A stretch of DNA of 55,595 bases from a virus (taxonomy: Duplodnaviria; Caudoviricetes), in the IMG/VR virus record IMGVR_UViG_3300004807_000027, positions 1 to 55,595 of that record. One strand, given 5' to 3'. The notes under the pieces are model-generated. The model made no database searches, had not been told where the DNA came from, and was given only the letters and a program-made list of their open reading frames with translations. Position 1 is the stretch's first letter; every line of letters begins with the position of its first letter. Made by a program: the position numbers and the translations under genes. This document shows, in pieces, positions 1-9,430 of this stretch.

Positions 1-2
1 TA

Positions 3-278
3 AGACCGTGGATAACGCTTGTAGGGCATTACGGTTTAACAACTAGAGCTGCCAACTCTACTCAAAATGTTAAAATAAATATAACTTGTGTGTTGTTTGA
101 CAAAAATAATAACAATTCAATAAGAAAAATATATAACTTTACGGGCTGTGCTCCCGTCAGTATGGGTGGTTATGAATACTCTTACGACCAAGACGAGGGC
201 GTAAAAAAATTAAAAGTAAATTTTGTATTTAATAGGTTTAGCATTGACGATGCAAACCCGTCTTCTTTACCTTCCTAA
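3..278 (+). CDS. 5'-truncated tail-tube-fold protein (gp19/gp54-like)
   Basis: Frame is open from the window start (RPWITLVGHYG...IRKIYNFTGCAPVSMGGYEYSYD...LKVNFVFNRF). This pattern is typical of tail-tube C-termini, and the gene precedes baseplate genes. Confidence 0.6.
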   Translation, partial: RPWITLVGHYGLTTRAANSTQNVKINITCVLFDKNNNNSIRKIYNFTGCAPVSMGGYEYSYDQDEGVKKLKVNFVFNRFSIDDANPSSLPS

Positions 279-311
279 AGATTTTTTATAATGCCAGTGT
301 AAGTGTTTAAG

Positions 312-1265
312 ATGGCTTTTATATATGGAGTTAAGCTTACTGGATTTAAGGAAAAGAAATGGATAAATGAGCTACCTTCTAAGCTATATAGAGATCTTGT
401 AAAATCCCTTTATAACGTAGACGATACTGCATTCCTATTACATCTAAATAACGTTATAGAACATATTTGTCCCGGGATATTACATGAAGGCCTTAATGTT
501 ATAGATAAAGTTATACTTCTACTTAATATGCGAGCTATTTGTATTAGTCCGAACCTTGCTTTAGAAGGAGAATGCCCAGTAACCAAAAAAAAATTTAAAA
601 AGGAAATAATGTTAGAAGATATTATTTCTAAAGCGGAAAATGTAACATACGAAAATACTATTAGTCATGAAAACATACTGGTTACACACACTGTTATAAA
701 AGCCCGAGATGAAATAGCCTTTATAGATTTGGCTCCGGATTTAGCGTTTACATATCAGTTGGCATCTTGTATAGATAGTATTGTTATAAATCAAAAGACT
801 CTATACTTTAAAGATTTTAGCTTAGAGGAACGTTTAAAAATTGTAGAAACAATGCCACTGGTTATCACCAAAAAGGTATACGAATCTATACTAGCAACTG
901 AAGAAAGAATAGTGGAGACTAAGCTACTAACAGTCATGTCACCTTATGCTTTAAATGCCCCTGTTGTAGATTTACCTGTCTCAACAAGTCCGGCTGTATC
1001 TTTACAATTTTGTAAATTGTTATTCAACGATGATTTAAATAACTTATACAAAATTAATTTTTGTTTGGTTAATAAAGGTAACTTTTCTGCAGAATATGCA
1101 GATAGCATTACACCTGCAGAGCAAACTGTATACTGGACATATTACATGGAGCAAGCTTCTAAGGAAAAAGAAGCTTACGAGAAAGGAAACAAATCAGGAA
1201 ACGAACCAACATTTGGTGGTCCAAAGCTTGCATCTAACAAGATAACCTCAAGTGAATTCACTTGA
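312..1265 (+). CDS. baseplate hub assembly protein, gp26-like
   Basis: LNVIDKVILLLNMRAICIS..CP motif as in gp26 homologues; C-terminal 'SAEYADSITPAEQTVY' resembles gp51. ATG 312 preferred to GTG 303. Confidence 0.55.
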   Translation: MAFIYGVKLTGFKEKKWINELPSKLYRDLVKSLYNVDDTAFLLHLNNVIEHICPGILHEGLNVIDKVILLLNMRAICISPNLALEGECPVTKKKFKKEIMLEDIISKAENVTYENTISHENILVTHTVIKARDEIAFIDLAPDLAFTYQLASCIDSIVINQKTLYFKDFSLEERLKIVETMPLVITKKVYESILATEERIVETKLLTVMSPYALNAPVVDLPVSTSPAVSLQFCKLLFNDDLNNLYKINFCLVNKGNFSAEYADSITPAEQTVYWTYYMEQASKEKEAYEKGNKSGNEPTFGGPKLASNKITSSEFT

Positions 1266-1296
1266 AAATTAAGTTCTCCACGTAAGTCTTTATATA

Positions 1297-2112
1297 ATGA
1301 ATAATAGTAATAATTTTAACGACATACTGTCAGTATTGGATACAATTAACAAAGAAGTTAATGTACCTGTATTCGTTCCGAGCTTAAATAGAGAGGTTAA
1401 ATTTAAAAGCATTAATACCGGACAGCAAAAAACATTACTAAAAGCAGCTGTCGACAACCCAGTATTTCAAACACGCTTTACTATTGCTCTATATAATTTA
1501 ATACTAGAAAATTGTACTGAAAAGAGTATTATGCCTGCTTTAACTACAATTGATAGTGCAGCAATTGCTATACAACTTCGAGTGTTTACAAATGGAGTAG
1601 ATCATGTTTTACAGCAAAATAATCGCAGATTTAAAGTCAACTTACAGGATATTGTAGACAAGATTAAATCAGTATCTCAAACCAAAGATGACACTATTGT
1701 TAGCGATCCTTTCACCATTAACGTGGGTGCCCCTACATTTATGGAGCAGTTTAATCTTGAAAAGCAACTTAGAGAAAAAACTGTAAATGATCAACAAGTA
1801 ATGTCTGCTCAGTTAACTGAGACTATTGGAGATGCATTTATTGGAGAGGTTTCCAAGTTTATTAAAGAAATTACTGTAACCAAAGACGGTGCCGATCAAC
1901 AGTTTAATTATAAGAATTTGCCTTATACAAAACGTCATGCAGTATTAGAAAAAATACCAACAACCTCTATAAAAGGTGTGTTAAAGTACATGGCAGATTA
2001 CGTTAATATACAGAAGGATTTTCTAACAATTACCGGTACAGATGTTGATACTGGAGAAGTAGTAAACGATTTAGTGTTATTAGTGGATACCACTCTGTTT
2101 ATTATTAGCTAA
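1297..2112 (+). CDS. baseplate hub assembly protein, gp26-like
   Basis: VPSLNREVKFKSINTGQQKTLL and LTTIDSAAIAIQLR match the gp26 N-terminal pattern; synteny. Confidence 0.6.
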   Translation: MNNSNNFNDILSVLDTINKEVNVPVFVPSLNREVKFKSINTGQQKTLLKAAVDNPVFQTRFTIALYNLILENCTEKSIMPALTTIDSAAIAIQLRVFTNGVDHVLQQNNRRFKVNLQDIVDKIKSVSQTKDDTIVSDPFTINVGAPTFMEQFNLEKQLREKTVNDQQVMSAQLTETIGDAFIGEVSKFIKEITVTKDGADQQFNYKNLPYTKRHAVLEKIPTTSIKGVLKYMADYVNIQKDFLTITGTDVDTGEVVNDLVLLVDTTLFIIS

Positions 2113-2149
2113 TAATACTTAAGGTACGTTCTGTACCTAAGTATTTGAT

Positions 2150-5100
2150 ATGGCTAAAGCAACAGGCACAAACAATCCAGATCAAGGATTTCCTACTGAG
2201 CCTACCCGTAAACCTACTGTTTCAAAAGCTAACCCGGATGGTCCTATTCCACAAAAGTGGTTAGATGAGATTTTAAATTCTACTAAGAATCAACCTGCAT
2301 TGTTTGGTAAGGTTGTACAAGCTATTACTAGTTCTTCTACTCAAGTAATATCTCAATTAAAAGCAAACGAAGAAGTACTAAACAATTTAAGTAATGCTAT
2401 TGGAGCAAATTTCGAAGTAACCTTTGTAAATGCGCTTAAAAAATATACAAAAGAATTTCAAGAGAAGGAAGACGATAGAGTATACGATAAGCGTAAGAAA
2501 GAAAAAGACAATCAAAAAGTTAAGGATGATAAAAAGCTTGTTGAAGATTTAGGTAAAACAATTAGTGAATCTGCTACAGGTAAAGCTGCTAAAACAGAAA
2601 TACCACCAGCTACAATTGGTTTACCAGTACATTTACAATCTATTAATGAAGCTGTAATAGTAGCTTTAAAAGGTATATTTGCTCCTCCTGCTCCAAAAGT
2701 GACTGCTCCAGAACCTGGTAAGCCGGGTGGCGGAGCAGAAGTTAATGCTATTACTAGCAAATCACCAGGCTTTTTTGGTAAATTGGGAGAAGGACTAGCA
2801 AAACTAGGTACTCCAGAAGCTCTGAGAGGAGCTGCAACACTTGCTCTATTAGGTGTATCTGTATTGACTGCCGCAAAAGGTTTTCAAGCTTTTGCAACTG
2901 TTACTTGGGAGGGTATGGGTAAAGGGTTTTTAACTCTACTCGGTTTAATAGGTATCACAAAACTACTAGCTTTATCGTCTGTGGAAATGCTAATTGGAGC
3001 TGCAGCAATTACTGCACTAGGTGCAGCTCTATGGCTAGTAGCTAAAGGTTTAGGAGCATTTGCAGCTATTGACTGGTCTTCAATACTTAAAGGTGCGGTT
3101 GCCCTAATAGGCTTAAGTGCATTTGCTGTAGAATTAGGCGCGTTTGCAGAGTTTGCAGTTTTAGGGGCAGCTGCTATAGCTTTATTAGGTATAGCTATGA
3201 TTCCATTTTCCTTAAGTATGATGCTACTTGCTAAAGCACTTGATATGTTTGCTAAAGTAGAATGGGAAAGTATACATAAAGGGGTATTAGCTTTAGCAGG
3301 TTTAGGGGCAGTTGCTACCATGTTATCTCCGTTTGCTGTAATGCTCGGTGTGCTTGGCTTAGCTATGCTACCGTTTAGTTTAGCTATAATGGGCTTAGCT
3401 AAAGGATTGCAAATGTTTGCAGAGGTACAATGGAGCTCTATTTTTAAAGGTATGCTAGCAATAGCTGCTTTAGGAGAAGCTGCTCTATTTTTAGCAGCAG
3501 GCCCACTTGAAGGTTTATTATTATTAGGTCTAGCTTTATTACCGTTTAGTTTAGCTGTAATGGCTCTAGCTAAAGGCTTACAAATGTTTTCTGACGTAGA
3601 GTGGGGTGGTATAATGAAAGGTATATTTGCCTTGACCTTATTTGGTACAGTAGGAGCAGTAATAGGTATACTATCACCGTTATTGCTTGTGTTCGGGCTT
3701 TCATTAATACCTTTTGGTATTGGTATGATGTCTTTGGCTAAAGGTCTACAAATGTTTTCTGACGTAGAGTGGGGTGGTATAATGAAAGGTATATTTGCCT
3801 TAATGCTATTCGGTACGGTGGGGGCGGTTATAGGTATACTATCACCACTACTAGTTATATTTGGTGTCGCTCTAATACCTTTTAGTATTGGAATGATGAC
3901 TTTAGCTAAAAGCCTACAAATGTTTTCTGAAGTTAATATGGCAGGTATTGATCTTGGATTACAAGCATTACGCAAAATAGCCCTTACCGGTTCTTTATTA
4001 GGGGTGTTTGCACCTTTATTAGCTTTATTTGGTGTTGCTTTACTACCGTTTTCACTAGGTTTATATACCCTTGGTAATGCTATTAATTCTCTAGCTAGTG
4101 TAAATTACAAAGGTGTAGATGATGCAATGTTAGCTTTGATTAAACTAGCAGGGATAGGTTCTATACTTGGTATATTATCACCTCTATTAGCCCTATTTGG
4201 TGTTGCTTTACTACCATTTTCATTAGGTTTATATACTTTTGGAATGGCAGTAAACACACTTGCTTCAGTAGGCTTTGAAGGTGTTGATGCCAGTGTAGAT
4301 GCTATAAATAGATTTGCTTCTATAGGTTTAGTAACAATTGCTAAATTAGGTTTGTTAGGTGTAGCGTTAACGCCATTTTCTTTAGGCTTGTATGCTCTTG
4401 GTAAAGCTGCTCAAGCTTTTGGTACAATCAATTTTGGTGCTATAGATAAAGGTATAATATCTTTATTAAGGTTTACTGTTGTAGCAAAACCACTTACTTT
4501 TATTGCTCCGTACTTAATAGCTGCAGCGGCTGGTATGACCATTTTTGGTATAGCAGCGCCGTTATTTGCTTCTGGATTAAATGCAGTTAATGATCCTTTA
4601 GAAAGATTTTCTCGTATCTTACAAGTATTAAATACAGTATCTGCTTTAAACCTTTTTGAACTAAGCGGTGCTGTAGTAGCGTTGGGTGCTTCTTTAATAG
4701 CTCTTAGTGCCCAAAACGCAGTAGCCGGGATCGGTAATTTAGTTAGTGGTTTGTTCTCTAAAGTTAGCGGTTCTAAATCTCCGTTAGATCAACTTATAGC
4801 TATTGGTGAACAAGCAAGCAACATACAACAAGTAGCCGGAAGTATAGGAGCACTAAAAGAAAGCTTAGCTGGGTTTGGAGACATAAAGTTTAGTTTTACT
4901 CCGCTTACTGCTTTTATAGATACTATTAATAAAGTAAGCTTACCTAGAGCAATAGCTCTAGCAACTACATTAAGCGTGGGAGCTGCTGTAACTGCAAGAG
5001 CAACTGAACCAGTACCGGTATCTATTGTATCAACAGAACTAGCTGCAGGTGCAACCAAAGAAGCTAACAATTTAAATAACTTAACTACAGGTGCTTCTAT

Positions 5101-5362
5101 ACCGTACACAGAAAGCCCTATAGACTTTAGAAAGTATAATGATAACTTAGAAAGGGTTGTAGATAGTTTAAACAATTTAGCTAAGGTTATGAAAGCAGAA
5201 AAATCTTCTACAAACCTAGCAGCTAATAATGCAACAACTACTGCTATTAGTAATAATTCAAATATTGTTTTAGGCGGGGGTAGTAATTCAGAAAGAGATA
5301 TACCTTACATTGAGCGTAATAAATATAGGCAAAATATAATGTATACAAGGAGCTTATTATAA
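2150..5362 (+). CDS. tape-measure / baseplate hub protein (gp29 position) with ~56-aa hydrophobic repeats
   Basis: 1070 aa, Ala/Gly/Leu-rich tandem repeats; lies between gp26-like and gp48-like genes. Confidence 0.7.
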   Translation: MAKATGTNNPDQGFPTEPTRKPTVSKANPDGPIPQKWLDEILNSTKNQPALFGKVVQAITSSSTQVISQLKANEEVLNNLSNAIGANFEVTFVNALKKYTKEFQEKEDDRVYDKRKKEKDNQKVKDDKKLVEDLGKTISESATGKAAKTEIPPATIGLPVHLQSINEAVIVALKGIFAPPAPKVTAPEPGKPGGGAEVNAITSKSPGFFGKLGEGLAKLGTPEALRGAATLALLGVSVLTAAKGFQAFATVTWEGMGKGFLTLLGLIGITKLLALSSVEMLIGAAAITALGAALWLVAKGLGAFAAIDWSSILKGAVALIGLSAFAVELGAFAEFAVLGAAAIALLGIAMIPFSLSMMLLAKALDMFAKVEWESIHKGVLALAGLGAVATMLSPFAVMLGVLGLAMLPFSLAIMGLAKGLQMFAEVQWSSIFKGMLAIAALGEAALFLAAGPLEGLLLLGLALLPFSLAVMALAKGLQMFSDVEWGGIMKGIFALTLFGTVGAVIGILSPLLLVFGLSLIPFGIGMMSLAKGLQMFSDVEWGGIMKGIFALMLFGTVGAVIGILSPLLVIFGVALIPFSIGMMTLAKSLQMFSEVNMAGIDLGLQALRKIALTGSLLGVFAPLLALFGVALLPFSLGLYTLGNAINSLASVNYKGVDDAMLALIKLAGIGSILGILSPLLALFGVALLPFSLGLYTFGMAVNTLASVGFEGVDASVDAINRFASIGLVTIAKLGLLGVALTPFSLGLYALGKAAQAFGTINFGAIDKGIISLLRFTVVAKPLTFIAPYLIAAAAGMTIFGIAAPLFASGLNAVNDPLERFSRILQVLNTVSALNLFELSGAVVALGASLIALSAQNAVAGIGNLVSGLFSKVSGSKSPLDQLIAIGEQASNIQQVAGSIGALKESLAGFGDIKFSFTPLTAFIDTINKVSLPRAIALATTLSVGAAVTARATEPVPVSIVSTELAAGATKEANNLNNLTTGASIPYTESPIDFRKYNDNLERVVDSLNNLAKVMKAEKSSTNLAANNATTTAISNNSNIVLGGGSNSERDIPYIERNKYRQNIMYTRSLL
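3579..3801 (+). repeat. 55-bp exact direct repeat at 168-bp period inside the tape-measure-like gene
   Basis: tacaaatgttttctgacgtagagtggggtggtataatgaaaggtatatttgcctt at 3579-3633 and 3747-3801. Confidence 0.9.
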
Positions 5363-5363
5363 T

Positions 5364-6707
5364 ATGGCAACAAATCCAAATCCAAATACCGAGCCGGTAG
5401 TACCTTCTTATACTCCATTATTATGGGATTGGAAAGCTCCGCAAAACAATATTGGAGCATTTAAATTAGTGCCTAAAAGTAATGGTGGGTTAATAAACAT
5501 TTTTGATCAGTTTGATTGGACGTTAACACCCCCTGCAGGTCGTTATAATATACCTAAAGTTATTCTTACAGAATACCGTCAAACACAATCAAGTGAATTG
5601 CGTGGTTATTTGTATGATGCTAGAGGTAAAGTTAGTAATTTAGCTTTAGCTGGTGCAGTAGGAGCAGCTCCTTTAGCAGCTTTTACTAGAGAAGCAGGTT
5701 CTTTAACTAAAACAGTTACAAATCAAGCTGCAGCATATACTACTGATTCAGGTAGCTGGTGGTCTAAAACAGCTACAGGCATATCAAATATAGTTAATAC
5801 TGGTATAGATAAAGGGGTGGGGTTAGTTACTGGTGGAGCAGCTGCAGTACAAAATAAAAGCACAGAAGCTATAACAGATTCTTCAGCTGCTACTAAAGAA
5901 GCTTTAGATCCTTATTATGGTTTGTATGCTACTGAGCTTACAGGCTTTACATATGCTTTTCCATATTATTCAGACACTAATATGATGGACATTAGCAATC
6001 AATGGGGAGATAGCTCTGCATTTAAAAATGCAGCTAGAAAAACCGGTGGTGGTATAGCAAGTATGATTGAAGCATTATCTCCAGACAAAGAAGGAAAAGG
6101 TGGTGGAGATGGTGGTGAAAAGGAAGAAGGGGGTGGAGGTATTAATTTTAAGAAAGTATTCGGTTTTGCTAAAGGGATAAAAGACACTGCAGTTGGAGCA
6201 ACAGAATTGGGGTTAGCATCTACAGCAGGTGCTTTAGTAGCTGAAAAACCAAAAGCATTTACAGGCAGTAGCGCTTCAGATTCTGTAAGAATTAGTTTTT
6301 ACTTATATAACACTTTTGATAACGGCGGTGATGTAAGTAGCTTACAGAGAAATTGGGAGTTTTGTTATATGTTTACATATCAAAACTTACCTAACAGGTT
6401 GGGTATAAATTTATTAGATGCTCCTTGTTTATATTCTATAGATATATCTGGATACAAACATATACCTTTAGCTACACTAGAAGACATTAAAATTAAAAAC
6501 GTGGGTAATGTACGCTTAGTAAACATTACTACTGGAGAAACAGTGGAAGACAGTGGCTCTCAAAATCAATATATTAAAATGATGCCAGAAGCTTATAAAG
6601 TAGAATTTACATTAAAAAGTGTATTAACAAACACCCGTAATCTATTTTTACATAACGCAGACCCAGGTAGAAGTATAAACATAACAGTTCAACTTCCAAC
6701 GAAATAA
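5364..6707 (+). CDS. baseplate tail-tube cap, gp48-like
   Basis: Gly/Ala-rich middle, then a tube-like C-terminus (PCLYSIDISG...PEAYKVEFTLKS); position before gp53. Confidence 0.5.
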   Translation: MATNPNPNTEPVVPSYTPLLWDWKAPQNNIGAFKLVPKSNGGLINIFDQFDWTLTPPAGRYNIPKVILTEYRQTQSSELRGYLYDARGKVSNLALAGAVGAAPLAAFTREAGSLTKTVTNQAAAYTTDSGSWWSKTATGISNIVNTGIDKGVGLVTGGAAAVQNKSTEAITDSSAATKEALDPYYGLYATELTGFTYAFPYYSDTNMMDISNQWGDSSAFKNAARKTGGGIASMIEALSPDKEGKGGGDGGEKEEGGGGINFKKVFGFAKGIKDTAVGATELGLASTAGALVAEKPKAFTGSSASDSVRISFYLYNTFDNGGDVSSLQRNWEFCYMFTYQNLPNRLGINLLDAPCLYSIDISGYKHIPLATLEDIKIKNVGNVRLVNITTGETVEDSGSQNQYIKMMPEAYKVEFTLKSVLTNTRNLFLHNADPGRSINITVQLPTK

Positions 6708-6713
6708 TAGTAC

Positions 6714-7103
6714 ATGGCAACTACAACTACAACAGTTTTATCTTCTACCCCGCAAAAGCAAAACGATATTTCGGCTTTAGCGCAATTAGATAGCTTTAGG
6801 TATGAAAACCTTTTTAATGTGTATCAAGATGTAAATAGTAGATATTTTTATAACATATTATCTAAAGTAAACTTTCCTGCAGATATTTCTGAAGCATATT
6901 ATGATGTATATGTAATACCAGAAAATAACATGCCATATACATACCTTTCCTACAAACTATATGGTACAATAATGCTTTGGTGGCTGGTGTGCGCGGTGAA
7001 TAATATACAAAACCCTGTATATTATTTAACAGCTGGTACTACTATAAAATACTTAAAACCGGAATATGTTCGGTTAATTATAAGTCAAACAAGTAATTCT
7101 TAA
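6714..7103 (+). CDS. gp53: baseplate wedge protein gp53-like (LysM-type)
   Basis: LSYKLYGTIMLWWLVCAVNNIQNP signature. Confidence 0.8.
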   Translation: MATTTTTVLSSTPQKQNDISALAQLDSFRYENLFNVYQDVNSRYFYNILSKVNFPADISEAYYDVYVIPENNMPYTYLSYKLYGTIMLWWLVCAVNNIQNPVYYLTAGTTIKYLKPEYVRLIISQTSNS

Positions 7104-8632
7104 TGGCAAATACATCTCCAAGTAGAATTCGTCTAAATGACCAGACGTATGAGTTTGGTTTGACTCTATTTAATTCTCAAGGGGTATCGTTTCCTATTAA
7201 CACAGGTATATTGGTAAATCTTACTATAGAAGAAGACTCTAGAGAGTGGTACAAAAGAGGTACCCTTACAATAAACAATAAAGAAAACATTATTGAGCGT
7301 AGACCTAACGAGTTTACTAATCCTGATGCTTTGTACAAATTTCGTAACGATGGTAGAGATTTATTATTAATTAATATTAAACCTATTATAGATGATAGTA
7401 GTCAACAAGTAGGATTTGATCCGTTTCCTGATCCAGGTTGGCATTTAAGTTATTTGTGTTCTATATATGACGTAGAAGATATACCTGGTGAAAATTTAAC
7501 AGATAAAAATATAAAACTTTATTTTTGGGAATATGATTATCAGCTCTTCTTAGAGTCAACCACTGCTAACTGGAACACTAATAATGTATTATATAATTAT
7601 TTTCCAGAACTAAATGGTCTTTCTAGTACCCTAGACGATGCTACAAGACAGGTACCTACTGGCTATGCAATTAGAAGTTTAATAGAAAACACTTTAAATG
7701 TAAGAAGTAAAGTACAAACTTTTAGTCAGACATGGGACCCAGGGGCTACTACAATATTTTACACCCCGCCTACTAACAATAGCTCTTTAGATGATTTAGA
7801 GTATTTGTTTAACAGACATGTAGCGGGGCAAACATTTGGTTCTATAAAAGGAGATGTACCACTACTATACAGAACACGTTTTGATAAGCAATGGGTGCTG
7901 ACTTCTCTGTCTTCAGAGCTGTCTCTAGCTGTAGACAAAAACGGCGCCGGTCCTTTACAACTAGAACAGTTTTTCATTACTTCTACAACCCCTACCGGAG
8001 TTATAATACCATCTCTTTTTAAGACTCCTCAATCCTCTTCTGGTTCAAGAAACTTAAATCTAGGTGGTACAAGTAATGTGCACAATTATCAGTTTGTTGA
8101 TATGGCAGCTTTAGACAATACGTTTGGTTTAGTTAATGTACCATGTGCAAGCAACACAATAAAAGACAAGTTGTTTAATATTGAAATGGCAGATAATGCC
8201 GTTGATAGTGTTAAGAATTACTTTCAAACAAATTACGTTAATAACTTTAACAACAATAAAAACCCAACGGCTTTATTTTCATTAAATACAAGTAAAACTC
8301 AAAGCTTGGCTTATAAGCATATGTATTCCTATGCTCAATCAAAAGTTGGTAGGTACGCAGATGCAAGAAACATTATTTTAAAAACAGGCTTTTTTTTAAA
8401 TCAGTGTATCAGTTTTAACGTGTCTGGTAGTACTTTACGTAGAGCAAATACCTTTATAGGTATTGATCGTAAGACTGGTTCTGTAGATGCTGATTTCGAT
8501 GAAAAGCTACTCGGTCAATGGTACGTGATTAAAGCAACGCACGTATTCACGCAAGATAGTTATAGAAACTTAGTAACAGCTGTTAAACCACATGCAGATA
8601 AAGATATCCGCATTAATGATAATGTAATATAA
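7103..8632 (+). CDS. baseplate hub protein (gp27/GpD-like)
   Basis: C-terminal LLGQWYVIKATHVFTQDSY motif typical of hub proteins; lies between gp53 and gp5. Confidence 0.55.
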   Translation: MANTSPSRIRLNDQTYEFGLTLFNSQGVSFPINTGILVNLTIEEDSREWYKRGTLTINNKENIIERRPNEFTNPDALYKFRNDGRDLLLINIKPIIDDSSQQVGFDPFPDPGWHLSYLCSIYDVEDIPGENLTDKNIKLYFWEYDYQLFLESTTANWNTNNVLYNYFPELNGLSSTLDDATRQVPTGYAIRSLIENTLNVRSKVQTFSQTWDPGATTIFYTPPTNNSSLDDLEYLFNRHVAGQTFGSIKGDVPLLYRTRFDKQWVLTSLSSELSLAVDKNGAGPLQLEQFFITSTTPTGVIIPSLFKTPQSSSGSRNLNLGGTSNVHNYQFVDMAALDNTFGLVNVPCASNTIKDKLFNIEMADNAVDSVKNYFQTNYVNNFNNNKNPTALFSLNTSKTQSLAYKHMYSYAQSKVGRYADARNIILKTGFFLNQCISFNVSGSTLRRANTFIGIDRKTGSVDADFDEKLLGQWYVIKATHVFTQDSYRNLVTAVKPHADKDIRINDNVI

Positions 8633-8649
8633 CAGTGTAAATAATAACA

Positions 8650-9429
8650 ATGGCCAATACAGTAGTAAGAACATTTGACTTGTATAATACCACCTTTTAT
8701 TGGAATGGTTATACTGTGCCTGGCTTTTCAACACAAATTACAGTAGCTTCAGCATTTTATGTTGCACAGTATTCATCTAACCCGGTAGGCTCTCAAATCG
8801 ACTTCTTTACTTCTTTAACAACCGGTACAGATATAAATCCTGCGTTTAAACTTTACGGAATAACTTTCAGCGATTTACCATATCTTTGGAATCGTTACTG
8901 GTATGATCAAGCAGTATATTATTCCAATCCAGCTGTACTAAGTGCTGTGCAGGTTAGTTTGCCTAGTTATTATGGTTCAATAACAGAATCCATTGGTAGT
9001 TTGTATTATATAAATCAAAACATAGCACCATTTAATAGTATTACAAACCCTCTGTTATTACCAGAAGTATCCACTGCAATACAGAATTTCTACCAGGTAG
9101 CGCTTAATTTATTTGAAACAAACATTGCAGCTATTGGGCCGAACGGAACAGATACGTTTACTAACAATAGTAACCTTATACCAGCCACAACAGATTTGCA
9201 ACGTAGGTACAACTCTACAGCTACTCTTACTCAAGTAGTAAACTCTATGTACCCGGTATTATCAAGCTTTCTTTCTTATAATACTCAAGTTATTGGTAAT
9301 CTCATTACACCTTATTATTGGTCCATTACAATGCCATATGAAAGCCCGGTAGGTAGTGTAAATGTTGATCAGACTAATAGTACTACCGGCAATCAAGTAC
9401 AACTTACAACTATATCATTAAGCGCATAA
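8650..9429 (+). CDS. putative virion structural protein
   Basis: Thr/Ser/Asn/Tyr-rich with few charged residues; late-promoter motif upstream; abuts gp5. Confidence 0.45.
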   Translation: MANTVVRTFDLYNTTFYWNGYTVPGFSTQITVASAFYVAQYSSNPVGSQIDFFTSLTTGTDINPAFKLYGITFSDLPYLWNRYWYDQAVYYSNPAVLSAVQVSLPSYYGSITESIGSLYYINQNIAPFNSITNPLLLPEVSTAIQNFYQVALNLFETNIAAIGPNGTDTFTNNSNLIPATTDLQRRYNSTATLTQVVNSMYPVLSSFLSYNTQVIGNLITPYYWSITMPYESPVGSVNVDQTNSTTGNQVQLTTISLSA

Positions 9430-9430
9430 T

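Noticed and set aside
2884-3975. 363-aa antisense ORF (also 2512-2760 and 4789-5175)
   Set aside because: Shadow of the repetitive Ala/Gly/Leu codons of the tape-measure-like gene; no motif or promoter.
3200-4400. Periodic DNA repeats as a CRISPR or non-coding array
   Set aside because: The repeats are in-frame coding units with synonymous variation and no spacer structure.
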